This document shows positions 33,961 through 47,872 of a stretch of 64,000 nucleotides of DNA, piece after piece. The notes beneath the pieces are model-generated. The model made no database searches. It was not told the origin of the DNA and was given only the letters and a program-made list of their open reading frames with translations. Each line of letters begins with the position of its first letter. Within the stretch, counting starts at the first letter, position 1. The stretch lies in the NCBI RefSeq assembly GCF_009914755.1, contig NC_060928.1. One strand, given 5' to 3'. The stretch comes from the human T2T-CHM13v2.0 reference genome, Homo sapiens. The position numbers were made by a program, and so were the translations under genes.

Positions 33961-36482
33961 ATGGAAAATATTTATTGAGCACAATTATGTGAGAGCATCA
34001 TGCTGAGCTTTGAAGATACAGTGGTGAGCAAACATATATCCTGGCTTCATGAAGATTATACTCTAGTTAACATGAGCAACAAAATAAAATAATCACACAA
34101 AATATATAGGTTCAAGCTGAAATGAGTGGCTGCACCAGATTCTATGAGATAAGAAAGGAAGAAGGACATTTTTCACCAAGTTCAAAGACTGGGATACAAA
34201 GGAATTTGTCCTGACAAAGGCAAAACAAAAACAACAACAAACAAAAAACCCAAAAGAGCAAAATGACAGTAGAACATAACGGGGCCAGATCAAAAATGCT
34301 GACAGGTTCCCAAAAGAATAAAATGACGGTAGGACATGACGGGGCCAGATCCAAAATGCTGACAGGTTCAAACAAAATTGGAATTGAAAATCAGAGTGCG
34401 TTCAAGAGTATCAAACAATACTATCTTGTTACTTGCTTATTACCTTAGTAGACTGGAAGCAACACTTCACACAAAAAAAGGGTTTGGATGTAATTTCGGA
34501 TAAGAAGAGATGTTTCTGTAAAGTCTTTCCTGAGAAGCATATTATTTGAGAAAAACACATATTTCTGTTTTTAGTATTTCACTTTGTATAATGTCTTAAT
34601 TTTTGAAGAGCTGGTATATTCCTATGATTCATTAATGAAAGTTCTATAAGATATAAAATATACAATGAGGAGATCTCCTCTTCTGTACCAGAAGAGTGCA
34701 CATTCTACACACTGCGTAGCACCTTTCTCACTTACGTTCTGTCTGGGCACACTTCTGATTGACACGCAGAGGGCTCTCTCTGTCTGGGGATATTTCTGAT
34801 GGGTACCGAGAGAGCTTCCTCTATCTTGGGTTATTTCTGATGCGTAGAGAAGGGCTGCCTCTGTCCATTATGGAAGGCTGGTGTTCACTGCAGGGATTCC
34901 ACACTTCATTTAACCAGAGTCCCCGTGGACGGACACTTGGGTTGTTTTCAATCTTTCCCTCTTTCATACACACGCAGGAACATTTGTAGGATAAAGTCCA
35001 GATGTAGAATTGCTGAAGACAAAACAAAACGAAAACAGCAGATGCATTTGTAATTTTGAATATTGCCAAATTTCTCTTCAAAAATCTGTAGCCATTTTTT
35101 CTCCCACCAGCAATGTAAGAGAGGGCCACGTTCCAGCTACCATAACACCACAATTAGGAATTTTTGACAATCTGACAGGTGGAAAAAGGTAGCTCACTGT
35201 AGATTATTTTGCAGTTCTCTTACTATGACAAATTAATATAAATGACGTGATGTTAATGTGGTGTATAAGATCACCAAATTGTTCACCGCTTCATTGTTTA
35301 CTTAAATGCTAATTTGGTGGTTATGACGTAGACAAACATAGAGTATGCTCCTTGCAGTCATGTAAACATGGTAAGAGTTCTTGCCAAAGGACGAAGCAAA
35401 CGTTCCAGAGCTTATGTTGTTCAAGCTTGGTAGTGGCTCAGTGTGGCAGACATACTGGCTGTCCAGCCTTCTCCCTGTGTGTTATGGACATAAATTTGGG
35501 GTACAAGTGGCCTCATCTCCAGTTCCAGGGGTGGATCCTGATTCCTACACATTCCCTGATGGAATCGCATCCTCGTTGCCCTGGGAATCAGTTCCTGGCA
35601 GTGCAGGCCAAGGCAGTGGGCACACGCCTTCACCCCACCAGAGTGACTGGCTCAGAGTCAGCAACCTGAGCAAAGGTTGAGAATTTGGATGTTGTGTCGG
35701 AATAAATGCTTTCTCTTTCCCTTCCATGTGAATGAGGAAGTGTTGGCCCTGGAAGTGGTGGCACTTATCATGAGAAGCCGCCGGAGGTCACTGATGCCCA
35801 GGTAGAGGGGCTAAGGTCTGCACCAACTCTGGGCTTCCCTCTTCCACAGCAATGGCCCCTTTCATTTTAAGCCATGCATTTCCTACCACCTGCAGTGGAA
35901 CGTCCTGTGTGCCAGGACTCGGGTTATTGATCACAACCCTGAGTCAATGAAATGTAATTGACTTTTATTAGGCATGCATTTTACCATAGTGTTCTATGGG
36001 ACACAGTTTTGTGTTTTCCAATTTTAAAAGTTGGAAATGTTCTTGAATAGTTTTGATCCTAAAGCCTCAGAGAAAGTCTGTCTGTGACCCGCTCCAGAGC
36101 TGCCTCACTTTCTGACATGAGCGGTGCTCTTGGACAGCCGGCAACGAAGCCACGCTTGTGAAGGACGCAGCGGTTCTCACCTGTGGCACCCGGTGCACCA
36201 GTGGCTGGCCACTGCCCTACACTCTAAAGAGGGAAACTAAACTTTGGACTGAGAATTATATATTTAAGAAAGCCTTCAGAAATAATACATTTACATTATA
36301 CATGACTCATTTATGGCCTTACCTGTGGTCCTGCCTCATGAAAGCATCAGAGGAAACGTTCCCCATTTGCTAAGGGGCATGTCTCCATCTCGCCTGTTCG
36401 GGTCCACTTCTCCCTTCATCCTCGCTTTGTTCTGTGATTTTCCGCTCCCTTCACAGGTCTCACTCAGAATGGGTCTTTCCCA

Positions 36483-36805
36483 GGCCGGGCGCGGTGGTTC
36501 ACGCCTGTAATCCCAGCACTTTGGGAAGCCGAGGCGGGCGGATCACGAGGTCAGGAGATCGAGACCATCCTGGCCAACATAGTGAAACGCCGTCTCTACT
36601 AAAACACACAAAATTAACCAGGCGTGGTGGTGGCACCTGTAGTCCCAGCTGCTCAAGAGGCTGAGCACGGGAATCGCTTGAACCCGGGAGGCCGAGGTTG
36701 CAGTGAGCCGAGATCGTGCCACTGCACTCCAGCCTGGGCCACTGCACTCCAGCCTGGGCAACAGAGTGAGACTCCGTCTCAAAAAAAAAAAAAAAGAAAG
36801 AAAAT
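36483..36805 (+). mobile_element. Alu (AluSc-like), sense, with internal 20-bp tandem duplication
   Basis: ccactgcactccagcctggg twice at 36719-36758. Confidence 0.95.
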
Positions 36806-36892
36806 GAAAACGACCATTTCTGATACCTGTAATGCTTACGCACTCCAGCTTCACTGCCTGTCTGGTCCCTGGGTTTCCTCATCTTCAGATGC

Positions 36893-37155
36893 TGTGTTAC
36901 TTTCCTCTGGATTCTGTAACAAATTACCACAACCCACCAGGGTGGCTGAATAGCCCAGATTTCTCCCCGTGGCTCTGGAGGCTGTAATGCTGGAATCTCG
37001 GTGTTGGCAGAACTCGGCTCCCTTCGAGGCCTTAGGAAGGACCCTGCCTTGCCTCTTCATCGTTCCTCGGCTGCCTCCTTCTCCACGTGGGCCTCTCCCA
37101 CATTTCTTATCCCTTTCTTGTAAGTAAACTAGTAATATTGGTTAAGAACCCAAAC
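36893..37155. mobile_element. MLT1-type MaLR LTR fragment
   Basis: tgtgttactttcctc...ctgtaacaaattaccacaa...ggctctggaggct...ggtgttggcag. Confidence 0.7.
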
Positions 37156-37921
37156 TGCTGTATACGGTATGTACTATATGCGGCACACAGTACATAGCTT
37201 ACTGTCATTTTCCATTTAATTCTAACTTTCAGAGAAAAGACTATATTCAAAATGCCTCCCACAGTAACGGGCACACATAGTGCTCAACAAACTAGTTCCC
37301 TCTCTTTTGCCTTGGGGTATCCGGCAACTGTCTTACAAATGTAACAGTGTATGGTGGACCTACTGATGGAGAGACTTGTTCGTGTATGTGTTTGTCTTAC
37401 CTCATCTACCCAGAGAGGTGTCAAAATGTATCTTATATGTACGGATGCAGCTTTTCTGCTGCACCCAGCACTCCCCAGGAAACATGAGCACGCTTTGTAA
37501 CCACCGGTAACTTTCAAATGCTGTGCACAGGTAGAGATTTTCACAGGCTGTGGTGACTGCGTGGGTTCCTTCCATGCTCAGACACTGTCAAAACGGCAGT
37601 CAGAATGACTCCCATGAGCTTGGTTGGGAAGGCACCTTTACAAACAATACAGACTAGAAAACCTTTGTCATCCCACGGAAAACACTATCAAACACAACAC
37701 AGAAGTATGGGTTTTGCGGTTTAGAGGGTTTTTCGATAAGTTTCTGCTGCCACCAACGGAAATAATTATCTTCACTATTAGAACGAGAAAGCAGTAAAGA
37801 AAGAATCAAGACAAAAAGTGACTTTCTCAGAAATATTTATATACTTGAGCAAATTAATATTTGATTTGGGTGAATCTGAATGTATTTCTCCGGTAATCGC
37901 TTCATTAAAAATAAAACTGTG

Positions 37922-38287
<366 letters not shown>

Positions 38288-38740
38288 TCACTTCTAAGTG
38301 GGAGCTGAACGTTGGGTACTCATGGACATCAAGACGGGAACGTCGTCTCATCTCCAGCAGCTTCCAGCCCAGCACTGGGGATTCTAAAAGGGAAGAGGAA
38401 GGGAGGGGCCAAAGGCTGAAAAGCTACCTATTGCGTGTTATGTTCTCTGCCTGGGCAGTGGGATCAGCAGAAGGTCAAACCTCAGTGTTACACAATGCAA
38501 TGAACCTGCATGCGCACGCCCAGAATCTAAAATAAAAATAAAATAAATAAATAGAAAAAATAAAGGCATTAAAAATAATTTTTCAGCTATATATATATAT
38601 ATATTTCATCGTGTTTGTGATTTGGCAAGAAAAATCAAGAGAGGTCTATTTTTCAGATTTGAAAGTTAGTTTTTCTTTATTCAGATTCCGTTTTATAAAT
38701 GAGTAATTTGTGATGTGATGGGCAGCCTTTAACATTTTAA

Positions 38741-39070
<330 letters not shown>

Positions 39071-39179
39071 TAGATTCTCAGTTTGCTCATTCTAATTTAG
39101 CTGAATTCTGAGTATTATGCATTTGTATCTGAGGTTCCAGGCCTCTCCCTCCTCCTTCTCGGGGTATTAAAACTCATGT

Positions 39180-39322
39180 TGCCAGGTGCATGACTGTAGT
39201 CCCAGCTACTCAACAGGCTGAAGCAGGAGGATGGCTGGGGCCAGGAGTTTGAGACCAGCCTAGGCAACATATTGAGACCCCATCTCAAAACAACAACAAC
39301 CAACAAAATAAAAATTAAAAAA
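39180..39322 (+). mobile_element. Alu monomer (FAM/FLAM-like)
   Basis: gccaggtgcatgactgtagtcccagctact...gagaccccatctcaaaa. Confidence 0.8.
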
Positions 39323-40396
39323 ACACCTCATGTGAAGAGAGATCTCTCTGCTACCCTTGAAGATCAGAATAACATAAGTTCAAAGTTTCTCTGGTATCCA
39401 GTGAAATCTGCTCCTTCGATTTTTTTGCATTGACCAAATTGCTAATGGTGAGGAAGTAACGAGACCAATGGAAGATGTTATTTGGCACATTAATTATTGG
39501 GGACCCATAAGCTGTTAGAGGTGAAAGAGACTTCAGCAATCATTCCATAGAAATGAAGCTCCAGGCGGGGCTGTGACCTCTCCCCGCTCACACGGCCTGT
39601 GAGGGCGGACGCTGAGCCCAGGAAATGTAGGTCTCCTGTGCCTCAGTCCTTCAGGGGCCAATTTAAATGAGAAGGGAAGTTGGGTGGTAGAGTTCATGGA
39701 ATAGCAGTTCCTCTGTCAGGCCTGTGTTTCTCTTTGCTGCCACTAACATATAAGAAAGAAACATGTTTCTGAGATGCCACAGTTATCACTTAAAGGCACT
39801 TTTCATTGTATTGCTGTCGGTCTGTGCTCACTGCTGACAGCAATGGCAGGCTGCCATCCTTGGAGTGAGGACCTGTGCTTCTACTTCCTGCTTCCTCTGA
39901 ACCCCAGCAGCTGCCAGCACAGCGTCTAGGAATAGTGGCTGTGGACATAATTAGGAGTTTCTTGAGCAGCCTAGTTAACAGCCCCACAGAGGGCATGATC
40001 ATATAAGAACGTCACTCATGTCATTATCATTTAATTCTATCCGAAAAGAGTTAAAATCAACATTCTGGAGTTAAGTGAACAGCTTGTTAAATGAATAACA
40101 TAGACATAAAATCCAGTGGGTCCAACAAGCAGTGATTACTATAGTTAATAATAATAATATCATCTTGATGAACAAGAACAGGAAAGAGAATACAGATAAG
40201 ACTATCGCCATATTCACGTCTTTTGGGATCTTGCTATGTGCTCTGCACCATGCAGTGGGCTTTCCTTCTCACCAGCACTGTGCAAGTAGGATATTATTAT
40301 TATTCCCTTTATAACATAATCCACGTGTTTTACAAGTGGAAAAGAAAGACAAGACAAACCTGCTGGTAAATATTTTGAACCCAATTCTCCATTTCC

Positions 40397-40410
40397 CCAC
40401 TAGATGGCAC
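40397..40410 (+). promoter_or_regulatory. CTCF core motif CCACTAGATGGCAC
   Basis: Full match to the CTCF core consensus CCASYAGRKGGCRS; binding is inferred only. Confidence 0.65.
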
Positions 40411-40584
40411 TTTTATACCTCTCTTTGTTCCATTTTAAACTCACAGCAGATGGGCAGAGCGCACTTAATTTATGGTAAGTTTAAACAAATCCTATGTATA
40501 TATAATATCTGGGAACTTTAAATCAAATAAACGGCTTCCATTCAAATATGCTTTCCTTTTCAAATATAACACTTGTAAATATCT

Positions 40585-41870
40585 GGTCCCCGGACAGCAG
40601 GTTCGCCTGTCCACCAGATGCTCCAGGACGGCGCTGGGCCCTTGCTCCTGCGCTGACCGCCCAGCCCGAGCCCCGGGGCCAGGTCCACGGTGCCCACGCG
40701 CGCTGTGTTCTGCTGGGGTCCGGCTTAGGGCTGCTTCGGCCCTCGGCGGCTTCCTCTGCGCTGTTGCTGCCCTCCCCACACCCCTACCCCTGCTCACTCA
40801 GCTCCTTCACCTCTTCCCTGATGAACTGGGGAACAGTATCCCCAACCTTGATCCCGCAATGTAGTGTTAAGGCTGTGTTGTATTTTTAAAACAAACAAAC
40901 ATAAACATTTGAATGCTGAAGGCTTAGTGATAATAAAAATAGTCTACCCACCCCCCCACATCACATCACAACACACACACGACACATGCACATATAAAAC
41001 ACACATTCACACACGAAACACACATAAAACACATTCACACACATGAAACACACAAAACACACACAAAAAACATGCACACAACACAAAATACACACAAAAC
41101 ACACATGAAACAAGCACACAGCACACAAAATACACACATGAAACGCACATACATATGAAACACGCAAACACACATGAAACAAGCACACAGCACACAAAAT
41201 ACACACATGAAACGCACATACATATGAAACACGCAAACACACACATGAACTACACACATAAAACACACAGAGATACATGAAACACGCACGCAACGCACAA
41301 AATACATAAAACACAGATGCACACACACATACACATGGAACACGCACACAAAACACACACATGAAATACACACATAGAACACACACATGAAAGACACAGG
41401 AAACACACACACACACACACACGGAAGGCACACACACATCGGGAAGCGGCGATGGTCACGCTCACTCCAAGACCCCAGCTCCCCGCGGAGGCCTCCCGGG
41501 CCGGTGTTCGCTGCCAGCCAAACCTAAGCCCGCTCCCCGCGGGGCCCGCGGGGCACCCCCAGGTTCTGTGCAGCTGAAGCTTGTACCATTTTGTGACTGT
41601 GACACAGGAAGCCTCCTAGGGACAAACTTCGGTCAGCATTTGAATCAGCCCTGACTCGGTGACAGTGTCTCATAAACGGGTCAGCTGGTTAGGGACTTGG
41701 AAAGAGAGCGGGGAAACGGGTGAGCAGAAAGCCTGGGGAACGGAGCCCAGCGGCGCCAAGTCGCCCCGGCGTCCACCTGCGCCCACCAGAGAGCGCCGGG
41801 CCCCCGCGAGCGGAACCTCGAACCGCAGCCTCCGGAGGGCTGGGCCCGGCCTGAAGCTTACACGCACTCC
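40585..41870. promoter_or_regulatory. CpG-rich element in two halves (~40585-40765 and ~41440-41870) separated by a CA-rich simple repeat
   Basis: Dense non-Alu CpGs (cccacgcgcg, ccccgcggggcccgcgggg, cggcgccaagtcgccccggcg) against an AT-rich, CpG-poor background. Confidence 0.65.
40950..41438. repeat. CA-rich low-complexity repeat (cacacatgaaa-type units) with an internal 69-bp tandem duplication
   Basis: Visible directly; tgaaacaagc starts at both 41106 and 41175. Confidence 0.95.
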
Positions 41871-42795
41871 CTTCTCAGTCCCACTTTTGCCCTGTCTTCA
41901 CCTTGGAGCCCCCGAGTTTCCAAAAGATACTGGAATCCAGTCTCAGCCTGAGCACCCTATAGCAAAGTTAGGAGTCAGCCCCACTAACTGGAGGTAAGTG
42001 GATCATGTGGGAGGCCCAGGTGTGCAGAGCCCCTGAAAAGTTACAGCGTCTCCACCTGGGCGTGGAGATCTGGGCCACCCCAGCCCCGCTGGGCATCGCA
42101 GGAATGGGCTTCCAGTGGCTCCTCAGTGTGGCCATTACACCATCAAACGAAAACCACCTCCCATGGAACATATCTATATAAAAAACAACAAAACAGACCC
42201 CTTCAGAAAGTGAGCTCAGATGACTCCCCTCTGCTAAGAGGTGCCTCCTGGGCAGGTATTTCTGTGGGTGCCACATACTTTTGGGGAAAATGAGCCCTTA
42301 GCAACTCATATTTTTATTCACAAATAAGCCATTAAACTGTTTATTGAAGGAAGAGGGTATGGTCTCTATTAGAAAATACAGAACAAACATTTACAAAAAA
42401 GTATTATTTTGGAATGAATTTCAGTTCAAGAGCTCCCTTTTAAAGTCACCCTAAGCATACCGGTTGCTACACAGGCAGGATTCAAAAATGCAAATATCAA
42501 AAATACTCAAAACTCTCAGAAACAAACCAGTGAAATTCATTGTCCTACTCATTATCCAATTTATCCAACAGTAATCATTACGATTGATTTCCAGGCCTGT
42601 AACTGCCTATTTTCATGGCCTGTAGAGAGGGGAGTATAGGGTGCAGGCAGGAGTGTCTGAAGGCATGGAAGTCTCTGCCTGGGCATTAACAAAATGAGTG
42701 GAAAAAGCAGACAATTGCATCTGCGGGCATTGATATCTCTTATCTGCACGTTAGACTTAGTTTTATGAGTAACTAAATTGAGTTGAGACTCTTAA

Positions 42796-43433
<638 letters not shown>

Positions 43434-44224
43434 CAGAAAACGTTCTTTCTATAGCAAGCTTTTATAAGACTGATGCACCAGACCCTCTTGCAAAACTGCT
43501 GACCAGTGGGGAGGTTGAATAAGCATCTTTATAGGGGTCATCTATGCCCCAGGCACTGTTTGTTTATAGGGGTCGTCTATGCCCCAGGCATTGTTTGTTT
43601 GAAGGGGTTGTCTATGTCACAGGCATTGTTTCTGAGGAACTAATTGGTGAGCAGGGGTCCGACAGTCACTTCAAGATGGCCTTACTCTTGCCGTGCACTG
43701 ATCTCGCCACTCAGAAAATGCTCAAAGGCCACTTTTTGGTGCACACAGGAAAGGTCTCTTCTATTCAGCTGAATCAAAACATTTGAAATTGGCTGTGTTT
43801 GTTTTCAGATCTGTTCAGGTCAATTTAACAATTATTGTAAAGAAGTAATTTACTTATAATTACATAAGCCCCAACCTGAAAGAATTCCCAATAACCAAAG
43901 CTGGAATAACTTGAGTGACAGAATGAATAATCTAGCATTGGATTACATCTTAAAGTAAAAAATAAATATCCATGAGTTCATACTGATACAAAATGATTGA
44001 ATGAACAAAATAATGAGAGAGAAGAGAGAAATCCGCTGTACAGGATTCCGGGTAAGTTACACCATTTCTCCTCTCTCAAGGATGTGGAGCTTAACCCTCT
44101 ATCCCTTGCTTAGGGAGTAGAGCATGGATAGGAGTGAAAAGGTAATTTACAGAGGAGAAACAGGCTAGTTGATGAGGTAACATCATCAGTGGTAAGTCAT
44201 CTTGATAGTGTGCACTGTTTAACA

Positions 44225-47075
44225 AGCAGATTTATTGATACATAATTCATATATACCCAAACTTCCATTTAAAATGACGATTCGGTGATTTTTAGTATAT
44301 TCTCAGAGTAGTGTGATCATTAATCTAATTTTCTATCATCTTCATCACTCCCCCAAAGAAACCTCATACCTATGTGTAGATTTGCCTCTTCTGAACATTT
44401 TACGTAAATGCAATCATACAACATGGGGTGTTTTGTGACCTGTTTCTTTCACTTTCACCTTGTTTTCAAGGAGGAACCATGTTCTAAAGCCTGTACTTCA
44501 TTCCTTTTTATTGCCATATAATAAAAAGGAATTGCCCTTGTATAATTATACACATTTTATTTACCCATTCATCGATGGAAATGTGGGTTTTCTCACTTTT
44601 TGGCCATCATGAATAATGCTGCTATAAATATTCATGTATGAGTTTTTGTGTAGACACGTTTATCTTTCTGTTGAGTGTGTAGTACCCAGGAGCAGAATTT
44701 CTGGGTCATATGGGAACACTATGTTTCATATTTTGAAGAATGATGTTTTTGAAAGCAGCTACACCATTTTACATTCCCACCAGCAATGTCTGAAGCCTCC
44801 AATGTCACCACATCCTGGCTAACATCGATGATTCCGTCTTTTTGATTCTAAGCCCACCTTAGTGGGTGTGAAGTGGTATCTTATTGTGGTTTTGATTTGC
44901 ATTTCCCCAAGGATTAATGATGTTGAGAACATCTTTATGTGTTTATCAGCCATTAGTACATCTTCTTTGGAGAAATATTTATTTACTTATTTTCTCCATT
45001 TTTAATTGGGGTATTTTCTTTTTATTACAAAGTTGTGAGTTCTTTACATATTCTGGATACTAGTCCTTGTTAGATACATGATTTGCAAATATTTTATGCC
45101 ATACTATGGGTTATCTTTTCACTTTCTTGATGGTATTTTGTGAAATACAGAAGTATTTATTTTTGATGATGTCCAGTATATCTTATTTTTTCTTTTGTTG
45201 ATTATAATCTTGAAGTTGTGTCTAAGGAACCACTGCCTAATCCAAGGGCACAAAGATTTAGTCCTGTGATTTCATCTAGGAGTTTTATAGATTTAGCAGT
45301 TACATCTAGCTGCATGACCCACTTTGAGTTAATTTTTGTGAGTGATGTGATACATGGGAGTCCAAATCCATCTTTTCCATGTGAATTCCAGTTGTCCCAG
45401 CACTGGAACCCTTGTCAAAACTCAATTGACCATAAATATGAGGGTTTGTATCTGGACTGTCAATGTTATTTCATTGCTCTATATGCCTGTCATCATGCCA
45501 GCTCCACACAATGTTGACTGCTGGAGATTTGCACTAAAGTTTGAAACTGGGCAACATGAGTCCTCCAAATGAATTATTCTTTTTTTAAATATTATTTTGG
45601 CTATTTTGAGTCCCTTGCATTTCTACATGAATTTTTGGATCAGCTAGGCTACTTCTGCAATAAAAGACAGCTGAGATTTTGATAAAGATCCATTTGTGGA
45701 GAGTAGCCATCTTAAAAATATTAAGTCTCCTGATCCATGAATGTAGAATATCTTTCCATTTATTTAGATTTTTAATTTGTTTCATATCTTTAGCATATAA
45801 ATTTTGTACTTCTTTTGTTAAATGCATGCCTAGACATTTTATTTTTATGCTATTAAAATGCATTTTGTCCTTAACTTTCATTTTCGTATTATTTATTGAT
45901 AGTGTATATAAATAAAATTATTTTTGTATATTGACCTTGTATGCTGCCTCATGCTGAAGTGGTTTGTTAGCTGTAGTGGTTTTTCTGTGGATTCCTTAGG
46001 ATTTGTTTATATATATGATCATGTCATCTGAAAATGGAGATCGTTTTAACTGTTCCCTTTTTCTTTTTCTTTTATAATAGCCCTGGCTATAACATCTAGT
46101 GTGATGTTGAATAGAAGTGGCTAGAGTAGGCATTATTGTCTCGTTCTTGATATTAGGGAGAAAGCATTAGTTTCACTCCAGTAAATATGATGTTAGTTGT
46201 GGATTTTTCGTAGATGCTTCTAACCAAGACGTGAAAGTTTCCTCCTATGTCCAGTTTGCTAAAATTTTAATCAAGTTGAGGAAGTTTCCTCGTATGTATA
46301 GTTTGTTAAGCATTTTTATCATGAAAAGGTTTTAGATTTTGTAGATTACTTTCTTCCATCTATTGAGATGATGGCCATGATTTGTGCTGTATTCTGTGAA
46401 TAGGATGCATTACACTGATAAGCTCTTGGATGTTAAACCGACCTTCCATCACCGTAATACATTCCACTTGGTCACAGTGTCTGATCTTTTAATATGTGAT
46501 GCAATTAAGGTTGCTAATAATTTGTCAAGGATTTTTTTAGGCTATAAGGGTTATCACTGTGTGATTTTTTTTCTTGCTATGTCTTTGGTTTTAGTGTTAG
46601 GGTGACACTAGCTTTACAGCATGAGTGGGGAAGTGTGCTCTTCTGTTGTATGTTTTGGAAGAGTTTCTGAAGAATCAGTATTCATTCTTTGAATGTTTTG
46701 TAGAATTCACAGTGAACCCCTCTGGGCCTGGGATTTTCTCTGTTGAAGTCTTAAAATTCACAATTCAAGCATATCCATTTCTTCTTCAGTCAGTGTCAGT
46801 AGTTTGGGTTTTTCTGGGAATGTGTCCATTTCATCTGAGTAATTTGTGGCATGCACAATTCATAGTATTCCACTATAATGTTTTATAATTGTTCATAGTA
46901 TTCCATTATAATCTTTTTTATTTCCATAAGGTCAATGCTGATGTCCTCTCTTCCATTCTGGATTTTATTAATTTGATTGTTCTCTCTCTCTTTTTCCTGG
47001 TAAGTGTCACTAAAGGTTTGTCGATTTTATTAATCTTTTCAAAGAATTCACGTTTTTATTGATTTTTCTATTTAC
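44225..47075 (-). mobile_element. Old L1 (L1M-type) ORF2 to 3' end, antisense, ~2.8 kb
   Basis: gtgtgaagtggtatcttattgtggttttgatttgcatttcc; minus-strand ORF 45585..45881 (IKCLGMHLTKEVQNLY...NLNKWKDILHSWIRRLNI) resembles L1 ORF2p. Confidence 0.9.
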
Positions 47076-47659
47076 TCTTTCCTTTATGGCTACTGTAATC
47101 TCGTTTCCCTTTTAATGAACTTTTTTGACTATGCAACGACCAGTTCCGGTGGGTATATGACAGGGGAGCCCTGTCACAGCGCTACCCAGGACCCAGTTCC
47201 GGTAGGTATGACAGGGGAGGCCTGCCACAGTGTTGTCCAGGGCTTTGCAGATGGTTTGGAATTTCCCTATCAGTGCACTTGAACACCTTTATGGAGGTCT
47301 GTCCTGTGGCATAATTCAGATTCCAGAGCCACAGTAGAAGAGGTTTCACCAGATTTGTATTCACGTTGCTGAATCTCAGTCCACCCATCTCTAGCTGGAA
47401 ATAGACTACAAAGTCCCTTTGTGATACTAACAGTGTATAGGCACTTACACTTTTGAAATTAGGCAATGTGAGTTCTCCAACTTAATTCTCTTTTTCCATA
47501 TAATTTTGGCTATTCTTATTCTTATTTTACAGAGGAGAAGACTGAGGCACATAGAGGTTAAAAATTAGAGGAGAAGCGAGTAAGAAGTAGGCTAGAAAAT
47601 CAAATCCATAGCATCTGCTCCTGAATCTACACCTTTCCCCACCACCTGAGGAATCAGCT

Positions 47660-47872
47660 AATAATGGCTTCCGAACTAAATCTGGCCTGCTGTCTTTGTA
47701 AATAAAGTTTTATTGGAACACAGCCATAACCATTCATTGACACATCACATATGGTGCTTTTGCTCTATAACAACAGAGTTGAGTAATCGAAGGGGCGATC
47801 CTGTGGTTCACAAAGCCTAAAATATTTACTACCTGGTGCTTTCCCAGAAAAGTGTGCTGATCCCAGCACTGC
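47660..47872. mobile_element. MER58A-like hAT element, preceded by a MIR fragment (~47520-47640)
   Basis: aaataaagttttattggaacacagcca...aaagcctaaaatatttactacctgg. Confidence 0.8.

Noticed and set aside
40961-41465. Cys/Val-rich ORFs resembling metallothionein or keratin-associated proteins
   Set aside because: Translation of a (TG)-rich simple repeat that is open in all three frames.
43528-43631. 35-bp repeats considered as a CRISPR-like array
   Set aside because: Units are contiguous with no unique spacers, there are no cas genes, and the context is primate genomic DNA.
45585-45881. L1 ORF2-like peptide as a possible active element or domesticated gene
   Set aside because: Short and heavily degenerate, surrounded by stops and frameshifts.
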